Positions 39,471 to 51,939 of a DNA stretch of 64,000 nt are shown one piece after another. Origin of the DNA: Octopus sinensis. Lineage: Eukaryota. Within the stretch, counting starts at the first letter, position 1. Each line of letters starts with the position of its first letter. The stretch is from assembly GCF_006345805.1 (NCBI RefSeq), contig NC_043012.1, positions 28,644,001 through 28,708,000 of the forward strand, written 5' to 3'. A program made the translations under genes and the position numbers. Below the pieces are notes generated by a model. That model searched no databases. It saw nothing but the letters and a program-made list of their open reading frames with translations, and was not told where the DNA came from.

Positions 39471-40548
39471 ATGTATATATAATACTCCACACTTTGACTA
39501 ATATAGCTACTCTACTGGGATATACGAGTGTATATTTCCTGACTTATGAAAGCTTAGAGGCTTACACACACACACATACACACACATACACTCATATATA
39601 TATGCTTATTTCGGTTAATGACTTATTCAGGAATATAGCAACACTAGCGCTCCTGAGGGTAATATTCTCTGGGAACGCACAAAAGGCCTTTTTAGAGTTA
39701 TTTACTTTGAATTATTATCTCATACCTGATTAGCCTGTTATTACGTAACATGCTTCACGATTTTAGTATACATACCTTATTAGTATTTCAGCCTATGTTT
39801 TATATACTCTGGGAGCGCCTTTCGAAAGAAGCCCGTCGTATATATATATTATTTAGTTATTGAAGATATGTATTTCATTATTAGATTATAACTTAGCCAA
39901 CGAGATATGTAGATCGTTAAATAGTTATACAGTTCTTTTAAGATAAGTTATACGTTTATAATTTGCTTTTTAATCTTTAATTTTTTAATATATTTCATAA
40001 ATATATTATATTAATATTTGATATTTACGTAAGTAATAATGGACTAATTAATTTTAATCCTTGCCCACATGAAAATGATATACATCCTATCATACCTGCA
40101 TGCCCCATCATGACTATAAATCTAATGATTACATATATTCTGATCTTCCAGTAGAGAAAGTTCCTTTCTAAGGATAATTTTAACTCAAGTAAGGGCTAAT
40201 TGAGGTAGTATATTTTATACCCTGCTAGTGTACTGGTTTTATCCTCAAGTATTATTTCTTGATGTGCATATAAATACCACGAGTTTTCCATCATAAATAG
40301 TCGTTATGTTATTTTTGCATTATCTGAAATGGAATACCCACGAATCTATTGATTGAAATCCCAATAACTGAACTATTATTAATTTCTATTATTATATATT
40401 TTGTATATTTATATATAAATATATCATAATCATGATCTCACTGTACGATATGCTGGTATACCCGGTATATATTCTCCATATTAAAATGCATGTAATGCTA
40501 AAGGGTGTGTACCTGATCGATTTAGAAATTCGTTTTCCGACATTATTC

Positions 40549-40581
<33 letters not shown>

Positions 40582-40618
40582 GTGTGTGTGTGTGTGTAAT
40601 TATGTATATATATACAAA

Positions 40619-41131
40619 AAGGACACAGGGAAAAATGTGTCAAGGCCATCAGGAGGCGTTCGATGCTTCCTAGGGCTATACAGCGGTGGTGTACCCCCTA
40701 CTGTCACGTTCTTGTTAGATTGACAGTATACAACCATTCTATCGCCCCACCACCGTACATGTCTCTACGAGAGATTTAGAAATTCAATATTTCTTATTTT
40801 GATAATCAGTGAATAGACTTCACTGAATATAGATATATACAATTGCGAAGTCGAGGCAAATATCACCGGCTGACCGGTGTCTGCTACTCTAGGCCGATGA
40901 AGGACAACGATCCTGAAACACGTGTCCCTAGATGCAGTTCCGGCAGCCGGGGGTGTTTGTCTCCCCTTCGTAAATGTATATAAGGACACAGGGAAAAATG
41001 TGTCAAGGCCATCAGGAGGCGTTCGATGCTTCCTAGGGCTATACAGCGGTGGTATACCCCCTACTGTCACGTTCTTGTTAGATTGACAGTATACAACCAT
41101 TCTATCGCCCCACCACCGTACATGTCTCTAC
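40619..41131 (+). mobile_element. Retrozyme-like / pLTR-like tandem unit, period 363 nt (150-bp direct repeats at 40619-40768 and 40982-41131)
   Basis: Repeats differ at one position in 150 by my reading; the unique part of the unit carries a hammerhead motif. Confidence 0.7.
40866..40950 (+). ncRNA. Type-I hammerhead ribozyme motif with extended stem I (U4C core variant)
   Basis: Stem I TCTAGG/CCTAGA extended by CTGC/GCAG, CCGG/CCGG and CCGGCTG/CAGCCGG. Core CCGATGA, stem II AGGA-caacga-TCCT, GAAA, palindromic ACACGTGT, GUC site at 40926. Confidence 0.8.
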
Positions 41132-41539
41132 ATGCGTGTGTGACAGGCCATTTAGTTGAACTCCCATTAAAATCAATATTTTTCATTCGATTTCGTTCAC
41201 ACTTGGCATATACATCATTTATGTTCTAGAGATGGTACTACTCTTCAGATTATTCACTTATGGCGTAATATGGTGTTATGGGGCTTCAGGTTTAAGAAAA
41301 AGTTCCATTCCTGGGATTTGTGTCTAATCTGGACAAGAGAGGTAACTCTTTGCGAAGTAATATTCAGAAATTGATTGTCTCTCTTATATTTGTATCTCTT
41401 AAACACTTTTGCATAGTACGTAAATAAACAATATGGATAATCGTTGCTTTAAGTGAACATAATGAGTAACGCTACACCTACTGGACAAGACGAAAGCATC
41501 TTTTCATAGTAGGTAGAGCGATCACCCTCCCACTACCCA

Positions 41540-43622
41540 TGCCAATTACAACGGCGGGCTTCTTCTCTTGAAAGACTTGGTTATGGCAAGTGGAGATCAA
41601 CGATTGGACGCTTACTCTCTCAACACTCCAGACAGAAATGAAGACGCCTGTCCTAATCGCCTTATCCACAGAGAAACATCCTACAACATCTACAAACGCA
41701 ACCAGTACATTGCTGACAAGACTCTTCTGAATTCCGATCAAAGCTGACGTATGCAATTTTGTCCTCAGAAACATCTACACACACACTGGCGGAATCATCT
41801 TCTTCGACGCACCCGGTGCAACTGGAAAAACATTCCCCCTGAATCTTCTTCTTGCGAAGTTGTGGCGTAATGGTGACCTTTCTATTGTTGTTGCTACCTC
41901 AGAAATAGCCTCGACTCTTCTCGACAGCAGATGAACAGCAGACTCTACCTTCAAATTGCCTTTCAACGTAACACATCAAGAAAACCCAACGTGCCACATA
42001 ATGCATTCCTCGGACGAAGCGATAATTTTGAAAAAGTGCAAACTCATTGTTTGGGATGAAGCAACTATGCCCCATAAATGTTCCCTACAAGCACTTTACA
42101 CCACAATGAGAGACCTTAGATCGAACAACATTCTTGGAGGTGCGACACACTCTGCCTATTAAACCCAAAGGAACACTGCTCATAAACTTAATACCTGCCT
42201 TTAAAAGTCCCTCCTTTGATTGCATGTCCAATTGAAACAACTCACCATCAACATGGGATGACGCCTACAGACTGGTCAGTCTACAACCCAGTTTTCGGAA
42301 ATGCTCCTTAAGATCGGCAATGGACAAATTACGTCCGACAACAATGGATACATTCACACTACTGCCACTGGCCACATTGTCTTCATCCCGTTTACCCAAA
42401 TCTAACAACGGAATACATAGAACCAGCTTGGCGTTTCAACAGGGCCGTTCTTGCCCCTACAACTGCAGCTGTCAACATTCTTAACTACGACTTACTGAGT
42501 CAGGTACCTTCTGAAGAATGTTGTTACAGACCAGTTGACACCGTTACTGACCTCGATCAGGTTACACACTTTCCAACACAATTTCTCAACTCCCAACATC
42601 CTGCAGGACTCCCTCCCTATGAACTTCACTTAAAATCGGTTGCCCTGTAATCCTCCTACGCAATCTAAATGCCCCTACACTACAAGCAACAGAACTTGCC
42701 TTGTGGTCAAACACAATGATGGACCACGTCATCAAATCCCAAATTATCACGGTACAAGGCAAAAACGATATCGTTTTCATTCCGAAAATTCCGCTAACCC
42801 CAACAGACTGCTCCTACCCTATGCAGAGACTTCAGTTCCCTCTCAAATTCAGCTTCGCCATGACAATTAGCAAAGCACAAGGTCAATCACTGAAAGTTGT
42901 CGGATTAGACCTTCGAACGTTGTACTTGAACAGTTCTACGTCAGTTGTTCCAGAGTTGGCCAGCCAGACAACTTACTCATCTATGCGCCTGAAGGAAAAA
43001 CCAAAAATGTTGTCTACAAAGCAGCCCTACAGTAGTTATTCCTCTACTGCAATCTTCACATCTATGCCAAACTGTGGCTGTTAGCAATCAGACTTCCTGT
43101 AAGCATTCCATTGATATTTTGCTTCATTTCCCCGATTGCTGTTAACAGTACATTACCTTCAATGACCCTTCTTACTTCATGCACACTGTTCGCTCATAAG
43201 CATGCTCTGATATTTATTTTTCTATTTGTGTGTTTGCTATAAATGTTTGCTTTTCTTTATCATATATGGCTTTCATTGAAAAAAAAAAGCTTCAATGCAG
43301 TTGTGTCAGGCATTACGAGTAAAACAACTACATGCTACAAAACACTTCAGGTGAGATAAAGGATCCCTAATGCCTACTGCAATTGTGATCTCATTTTATG
43401 GGCTTTCATTTATTACTAACTGCCAAATTTGCGTTCAAAAAACTTTATTCATTACCTAAGTTGCTTAATACCATATAAACTGCTAACGAAAATGGCAATT
43501 AAACATTTTGCGTTTATCAACTTGAAACGACTTCTAGCTGCGGGCTAATTCAAATTAAACCGTCCACAGGAGTGCACCATTATAAGAAATTACACCGTCC
43601 AAAGGACGGGTGCATTTGCTAG
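41540..43622 (+). mobile_element. Second, more decayed Helitron 3' half with intact terminus
   Basis: FFDAPGATGKTF, KLIVWDEATM, QRLQFPLKFSFAMTISKAQGQSL, KNVVYKAAL. Hairpin CACCGTCC-aaa-GGACGGGTG, then CTAG at 43619-43622 followed by T. Confidence 0.85.
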
Positions 43623-43789
43623 TATACTTATAATTATTTAGATTGCTTTTTTCTTCAGTTAATGTAACATGGGTTTTCCTTTACGAAAACTAACAGTAAA
43701 ATCATTGATGTCCATTGGACGAGTTTGATATGGAATCCAAATGATTTTAACAAATGCGATTATGTGTCAAATTTTTGCCTATGTCATAA

Positions 43790-43955
43790 TGCTTAGCGGC
43801 ATTTCGTCCGTCTTTTCGTACTGCGGTCAAATTCCAGCGAGGCCAACTTTGCTTGTCATTCTTTCGGGGTCGACAGAATAAATACCAGTCGAATACTGGA
43901 GTCGATGTAATTAACCTAGACACTCCCCAGAAATTGCTGGCCTTGTGACAAAATT
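43790..43955 (+). mobile_element. Meta-domain SINE (degenerate)
   Basis: caaattccagcgaggccaactttgcttgtcattctttcggggtcgacagaataaataccagtcg. Confidence 0.65.
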
Positions 43956-44906
43956 TAAAACCAATTTTTTACCCATATAAAATGAGTAACTACAATAACT
44001 ATCGTTGCTAACAATTTGTAAATTATGTAATTACGATGTCTGAGGAGTAACACCACTGAGCGAATCGTAAGCGGATAGTTCGAATCTTTTCCGATTCGTG
44101 TCGCCACAAAGAAAGGCATTAATAGTTATAGAATAGCGGAATATTCAGTTCATTGTAGCTATTAGTTACATTGTATAAAGAATATAAAAGTGAGGTCAAT
44201 CTGAGATCAGTTAGACGATGGTTATTCAGTTTAGTAAATCTTTAATTAATGTTTTCGTTTTTTTTCTTCCTTTCCTTTCAACAGATGACCGTTGCGTTAG
44301 CAGTCATAGGTCGACTTCTTTATTACACATTCTATCCTATTCTCTACCGACCCGTTGATATTAGTTTGCCATTTGTCTAGAATGTCTCCTTCTTTGATGA
44401 ATTATTTAATTTCAACCGACACAATTGTGTTTGGCACGAACTTAAACAGTAAGGAAAAAAAAGACACGCTGTGATCATAATCATAAACATCAGCACCACA
44501 ACAACTACAATGCACGAAGACTATGAATTCAAACAAAACCAAAATCTACGTTAGGTTTCCTTTCATGCTTTCCCCTCGAAGTCCTCACATCTTTTAAAAA
44601 CACATTTAATAAGAAAAAAGGTAAAACATGTATACAAAGAAATATATAAAGTATATATTTACCGGTGGCTGTATGTGTGTTGAGTATTAGCAATTCAGTC
44701 AACTGCTCTAGAGACGATCAAAGTACTAAGACTCTCAGATTAGCTGACACTATACATCTATTAGAGTTTTTCTATCATATAAGCCGTGTGTGAGCTTATG
44801 TAAAGAAATGCTTTTTATGCGATCCTGCATACTTGGACACTACATTAACATACATAAACAGACATGCGCATACATACAAAGCTACGTATATTCATGTATG
44901 ATTGCG

Positions 44907-44943
<37 letters not shown>

Positions 44944-44969
44944 ATGTGTATCATGTGTGTACGTGTGTG

Positions 44970-45011
<42 letters not shown>

Positions 45012-45624
45012 GGACATCAAACCAGACGTTTACAATCCTTATTTTCACAATACATGTAAGTTGTTCATTAGTCTGAAATAGTATGCGACGAATTGGATTT
45101 TTGTGCTATCTGGTCTGCAGTTTAATATATCCCAGTACATCATGACAGAACAATAAGACCCGATCTTCAGATATAAGAATAGTATAATATTCGATTTTTC
45201 TAGTGAAATTGATCAGTTTTAAAATCATCCACTCGATAGAATAATCTTTGTGCATAAATCTCCGTGTATATGTGTATTTTCAAAGTATTTTCAGTGACTT
45301 CAAATAAACTATAATCATCAAATGCATGTACAAATACATTTTGCTTTATTCTAATGGCATTTCTTTCATTAAACTCCTAAGACTTCTTGCATACATATTC
45401 TCTCATCGTCCTTCTCTCCTCCTCCTCCTCTTCTCTCTCTCTCCCTCTCCTTCTACACAGACATGTGTCCATACCAATATGTGTGTGGCTGTATTTGTCT
45501 TCCTCTTCTACCACTTGACAACCGTATAACTTTATGCGTGTGTTTACATGTTTGTGTGTATATACGTATGTATCTATGTTTATATGTAACCTTATTTCTA
45601 TGCATGTATATCTATACACACATG

Positions 45625-45755
45625 TAAGGCACAGCTATGGCTTTGTGGTAAGAAGCTTGCTTCCCACCCACATGATTCTGGGATTAGTTCCATTGCGTGG
45701 TACCTTGGGCAAGTTTCTTCTACTGCAGCCGCGGGCCGATCAAAACCTTGTGAAT
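45625..45755 (+). mobile_element. SINE head fragment
   Basis: ggctttgtggtaagaagcttgcttccc...cgtggtaccttgggcaagtttcttctactgcagcc. Confidence 0.75.
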
Positions 45756-45880
45756 ATATATATATATATATATATATTTAATCAATATAGGGTGGCAAGG
45801 AAAATTTTGTAGAATTTTATTGCCACCAGCGGCCCAGCGGGAAAAAAATTAAATAGTCATAGACCATTTTTAAGTTCAAC

Positions 45881-46136
45881 ATTAACAATTAAGGAACGGC
45901 CATAATAGGCCATTCACCCACTAGAAATAACAGCCAAAGCTTCTACCGCAAATAAAGATTAATTCCGTAAACAGGAGAAAATTAAAAATTAAAAAATTAA
46001 AATTAAAATTAAAAACAGGGTAAATGTTTTTTTAATTTTCTCCTGTTTACGGAATTAATCTTTATTTGCGGTAGAAGCTTTGGCTGTTATTTCTAGTGGG
46101 TGAATGGCCTATTATGGCCGTTCCTTAATTGTTAAT
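45881..46136. repeat. Perfect 108-bp inverted repeat with 40-nt A-rich spacer
   Basis: 45881-45988 is the exact reverse complement of 46029-46136 by base-by-base reading. Confidence 0.95.
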
Positions 46137-46589
46137 ATATATATATATATATATGCACACATACATACGCACGCGCACTAAATCTCATGGTGTATGCTAC
46201 ATAAGTTAGCTGTTACAGGCGAAAGAAAGAAAATGAAAAAATTAGAGAATAACAAGTGTGTGCGTGTGTGTGGGGGGGGGGTTAGACTGAAAGAAGGGGA
46301 AAAAAAGAAAAGGAAAAAGAAAATTTGAGAGAGAAAAGGAAAAAATAGAGGTAAAGAGAGTGAAATGATGGCGTTCCAATAAGTATCTAACGAAGGCTAG
46401 ATAATTCGTTCAGCTTGCGAAACGTACACAAAAACGCACACATAAAATTACATGTATGTCTACATAAATACAAACATACATACAAATACACACACATATG
46501 GACACGCATACAAATATACAAATAAATATGTACTCAAATATATGCCCACATATATATATATGTATATAGACGCACACACACATACATAT

Positions 46590-46635
<46 letters not shown>

Positions 46636-46638
46636 CAC

Positions 46639-46672
<34 letters not shown>

Positions 46673-47059
46673 AGGTACACACACATACATATACATACAG
46701 ATACCTACAATACATACATACACATAAATATATAGAGACATATCTTCACATCAAGACAAATACATACATCACACCGTATATACGCAACTATTAAAAAAAA
46801 CTTCCTCGTATATATAATATTAAAATGTTACAATAAGGAAATTGCACAATAAATCAATAAAACATAATTAAATACGTGGGCGAACAATAAAAATAAACCT
46901 CGGCGAAGCTTAAGCTTAAATTTGTAAAACAGTCGAATGCTTCCTTAAAATGAAGTCGAAATATGTACTATAATTGTAATACAAAATAACTATAAGGTGT
47001 AAAGTCAAATTCAAATGCGAATGTCAAAATTTTCCGAAAGTCAAAATATTTTACTCATA

Positions 47060-47515
47060 CGGTATTTTATCGGTTGACATTTTTAAACCCCACAGCGTAC
47101 CTGCAGGAATTTAATGGCTTGCGTCTCTGGTTCAAAGCATGTTATTCCTGGAACAGGATGAAGAACTTTTCTGAGAGGCAAAGATTACATTTCATAGGTC
47201 TTTTATAAGAACCATGTCTGTATGATAATGCGTCATTCTCTTTCAATTGTTTTGCAAGACTAGTTGCTGTCCTATTCTCGGGTATCGGAAAGAATTTCGG
47301 TGGGAATAGAATCGAGTCTTGAACGAATTTTCCGAAGAAGTATAACACGAAAGTTATTACAAACAATTACAGTGTCGAATCTAATCTGAGTAACTGCGAC
47401 TTCAAAGATAAGACTTGCTGTCCGTTGGAAGGTAAATATTTTTAAAAAAGGAATTGTTTATAGAGCTAAAGTGCAAGTAGATAGATCACAAGAATATAAA
47501 ACATACACAGGGGAT
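47060..47515. mobile_element. Penelope-like GIY-YIG fragments in opposite orientations
   Basis: Minus 47060-47300: TATSLAKQLKE...CNLCLSEKFFIL...LNQRRKPLNSCR (EN C-terminus). Plus 47385-47515: NCDFKDKTCCPLEGK...IVYRAKV...KTYTG (EN N-terminus). Confidence 0.7.
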
Positions 47516-47519
47516 TCGT

Positions 47520-47715
47520 GTATGTTTGTGTTTGATCCCTCGCCATTGCTTGACAACCAATGCTGGTGTGTTTATCTCCCTGTAAATCAGAGGTTCGGCA
47601 AAAGACACCGATAGAATAAGTACTAGTACTGGGGTCAATTTATTCGACTATAACCCTTTAAGGCGGTGCTCCAACATCGCCGCAGTCAGATGACTGAAAT
47701 AATTAAAAGAATAAA
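47520..47715 (+). mobile_element. CORE-type SINE tail
   Basis: gcttgacaaccaatgctggtgtgttt...ggcaaaagacaccgatagaataagtact...gcagtcagatgactgaaa. Confidence 0.8.
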
Positions 47716-47731
47716 AGAATATACATAATAC

Positions 47732-47805
<74 letters not shown>

Positions 47806-49350
47806 TTATGTATGTATGTATGTACGTATTTATCTATGTGTGTGTATGTGTAAAGGTCTATAAAATACACACACATACCCCCCCCACACACACACGCAAA
47901 TACATAGAAAAGAAATTCATTCATATCTCTAGACAGATGAATATTAAGCACTGTTAAGGAAACGCTGATAAGAAGTTGGTAAAACAAGAATAATTTCGTA
48001 ATGTAATGAGCCATCCGCTAAATTGTCGAGATGGTTCGGCTCCGATTAGCTTCTGGGAAGTTATTTCAACTTTAAGAAGTTATTTTATCGTAGGCAATAA
48101 AGTGTTGACAGAGCTCTACTTAAGCGGAAAGCAGGTAAAGTATAGCCAAAGAGTCAGCTAATACAACCATCACCTGCAGCTGATGTTTAAAACTGTGTTT
48201 ATTTATGGTCATTCCAAGGGTGTAGGTGTGTGAAAAGCAGTAAAGTTTTCCGAAGCATAGTCTTTGAAGACGGAAGGAAGAAGATGATTGTATCATCTCC
48301 GTATATTAGTGGTACTCATTTTATTTACGCCCAGAAAGGTGGTAGCTGGTAAAATCAGTAACAAAATGTGCTTATTTCGAACCACACATGGTCAACTTAG
48401 CTTTTCTCCTTTTCAGGAGCTGTAGAAAAAGCATCAGTAATATCCAACGGTTTGATTCAGTTGCTTTTATTTCTCTTCTATGGGTCGTGACTTTTAGGTA
48501 ATGGGAAAAATGTATGAAGTTTGATATGGTAGGCAGTACATACCATATTTATTTCTCGAAGACTCAAAGTAATACATGTACATTGGGAAGTTCTGAATGT
48601 TTGTTACCTTCTGAATAGCGGCAGAGATCCTTTACTTTAGGAGAAGAGAAGAAGAAAGAATAGTAGGTGCTTGTTTTGTGATTTCGGTTTGTCGGGAACC
48701 TGTCCTGCGTAGTACATCAGTATTCTTTAAGCAATGAAAGAATGTAAATATTGAATTGAATGTTACACATTCCTAAAGGAAAATAATCAACAAGTACTTA
48801 TTTAATCGGAACCTGAAAGGAGATTAATAGAAACAAATAGCCCCTTGGGACACTGTATGTGGTCGACTAGTTTGGTGGAAAAAGCAACCAAATGTCCCTC
48901 AAATCACGTCGTATATAATGTAGCGCATAATATAGTGTATCATTAAAATATGGGACAATCACACCTGGAAGCATTTGATCATGGGTTAGCTCAGTGAGAG
49001 CTGGCATTAGGCAAACAGCAGCTGTATGGTCATGGATTTATTGGACAGGGATAAGTGCATGTGTGTCCGTACAGGTGATCCTGGACTTTACTTTGAGACT
49101 TCTGTTATTAAAATACCTCGATTCTATTGGATCATGAAAATAATAATCATATATCTTCTGACTTGTGGCCGGCGTGGAAGGAGTAGTAGGTCCCTTGCCA
49201 GCTTTCGAAGCCACATGAGACTTTATCACTGACGGGAAGTGAAATGTATTTAAAAAGTGGTCTTACTCGGTCACCAGGCGATTTCTGACACACACACATA
49301 CACACACACACGCACACGCGCACACACACGCACGCACGCATACACGCACG

Positions 49351-49382
<32 letters not shown>

Positions 49383-49571
49383 TATCAAGAGTTGAACAGA
49401 CAGAACACAACAAAAAACAAAGTTAGACGAAAGCAGAGCAAATGGGGAAGTAGATAAAAACTTAACAGACGAGGAATATAGACAAAGTCACGATGCACGT
49501 AATAATCGCAGCTGAGTTTTTTGCGTCAGTCAATGAACCAAAATATCAACGCACACCCTGTTTGTTTACTT

Positions 49572-49603
<32 letters not shown>

Positions 49604-49862
49604 GAAAAATACAAACTGGGACAAGGACGTAAAACATTTAGAAGACGATACAAAAAACACGGACGGGACATTCGAAGCCTTCAATCTTCAGTCAAGAACC
49701 GGATCATCCTCGCAATTTATATATATATAAACACATGAGTATCTGTATATTGTTTTTTTGTCTCCCACTGCCGCTTGACAACCGGTGTTAGTTTGTTTAC
49801 GTTAGTGTAAATTAGTGGTTTGTCAAAAAAGTCTGTTAGAACAACGTACCAAGCTAAAAAAG

Positions 49863-49894
<32 letters not shown>

Positions 49895-50099
49895 TGTATG
49901 TATGTGCAAGCGCCGTAAATCCAATGCAAAAAGAAGAAAAAAAGAAGAAAGTGATGTTTATGTTTACGTGAGTGTATGTATATGTGTATCGTCAGGTCAG
50001 AGATCTCATAACAGGCCGAGGAGACTTGCTACCGGTACCATGTAAATTAGTACTCCCTGTTCTATGGTCGAGTGGTCGGCGACCAAATCGGCTCCCTCG

Positions 50100-50300
50100 A
50101 TTGAGTAGCTCGCTAGTCTTGTGAAGAGGATGTTTGGACACTCAGTAGGACTAAAAGCAAGTTGTGTCGAAGGATAGATATGCTCCTTGTAGGTCAACGG
50201 CCATCCAGTCAGGGAAGGCAATGGCTAATTACCCTCGTATTTCTGCTAAGAAATCACTATGAGAAAGTCAAAAAGAAATAACGCTCTGGGGTCATCCGAT
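50100..50300 (+). mobile_element. Possible RTE-associated non-coding fragment
   Basis: gggaaggcaatggctaattacc...gaaatcactatg resembles the gaaggcaatggcaaaccac motif of RTE-related elements (from recall). Confidence 0.3.
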
Positions 50301-51908
50301 GGGAGAAGTCGCGATTAATTGGGAAGACTTACATTGTAGTGTCATCAATGCGCTCCAAAAAGCGTACGGTACATGACAACGACAATGTATGTGTGAGTGT
50401 GAATGTGTGTGAATACATGTGCCCGCGTATACAAGAAAGAGAGAGTGAGAAAACCAGGAGGGAAAAGGAATAGTGACAGAATGAAAAGATAACAAAATAG
50501 ATAATAGAAAGCAACAAGAATAATGTAGACAAAGATCAAATTGTAGTCTGATGGATCTTGGTGGATAATAATGGTCATAATAGATTTCCATAGCCTTAGG
50601 TTTTAAGATTTCACCAGACTGCCTAACAATCGTATATCGTATGCGTGGTATGTGTGCGTAGTCGTCATTGTCCCTTATATTATCTTCATATATAATTTGT
50701 TCAGTTTGCGCCACTGTGTATACACGTGCACTGCCCCCTACTTATATACGCTTGTATTTACACAGCAGCAGCTGTGTGGCACGTCTCTTAACTGCCTCTC
50801 ATTTTCTTCCTTTTGTTTTCTACTTTCCATTTCTTTTCTCTTTTTCTTTTTTTTTGTCACTGGAATTGATAGCAGTTATAGTATACATTGTTCCTTATTT
50901 TGATAGCACTCTTTCACACATACCGCCCATACACACGCAAAAGCGCATATGCATACATACACACAGTTGGAATATTTGTGAATCTGTGTGCGCATGTGTG
51001 TGTGTGCGCATGCGTGTGTGTGTGTGTGTGCATCTATGTGTCTATGGGCCTAAGTGTATATATACACATATATTCATATGTATATATTCATATACACGCA
51101 CGCACGCGCACACACACACATACACAGAGAGAAAGAGAGGTGAGAAAGATACAATGTATATATACATATATATATAAATACACACGCACACACATACACA
51201 TATATATACACATATACATACTTGTAAGCATAATCATGTGTATTAGCGCTTAGGTGTTTAGGTGTTTGTATGAAAGAATGTAATCGTAGTGTCCGGTTGA
51301 GTATAACAACGTGAGCGTTTGTGCGTTCGTGCATACGTACGTACGTATGTATGCACGTATGTATGTATGCATGCATGTAAAGTCCACAGATTACGTACAG
51401 AAAAGTTGAGAAAGCAAAGAATTGGTAAAAAAAAGTAAAGAGAGTAAAAAGCGACGTAATTTTTTCCCTGCCAAATTGTGTAAAACTGTGTTACAATCTC
51501 TTTATCGTGAATGTGTTTTAGAAATCTCTTTGTGTACGAATCTGTTTTAGCTTTGTCTGTTTACAGTTTTTCACCGAGTTCTGTACTAAATTGTTTTTAT
51601 CACCCAATGTATATTCTCATTCAACAGCCCATAAGCTTTCTTTTAGCTTGGATTGCTTGACATTTCGTTCTATACCTAAGATATCTGTTTTTAAATCTAC
51701 GTGCAAAAACACAAAATCATCAAAAAAGTAAGCGTTCAATAGTTGCTTGTGTGAGAAGTGTATAGAATGTAGGGTGTGTGTGTGGGGGGGGTATGTGTGT
51801 GTGTGTGTGTGTACAGAGAGAGGAAGAGAGAAAGAGAATGAGAAATTGATAGACAGGGAAAGAGAGAGCGGGAGAGAGAGAAAGAGAGAAAGAGAAAGAG
51901 AGAGAGAG

Positions 51909-51939
<31 letters not shown>

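Noticed and set aside
50040-50130. HDV-like ribozyme in the RTE-like fragment
   Set aside because: P3/L3 and P1 pairings could not be satisfied.
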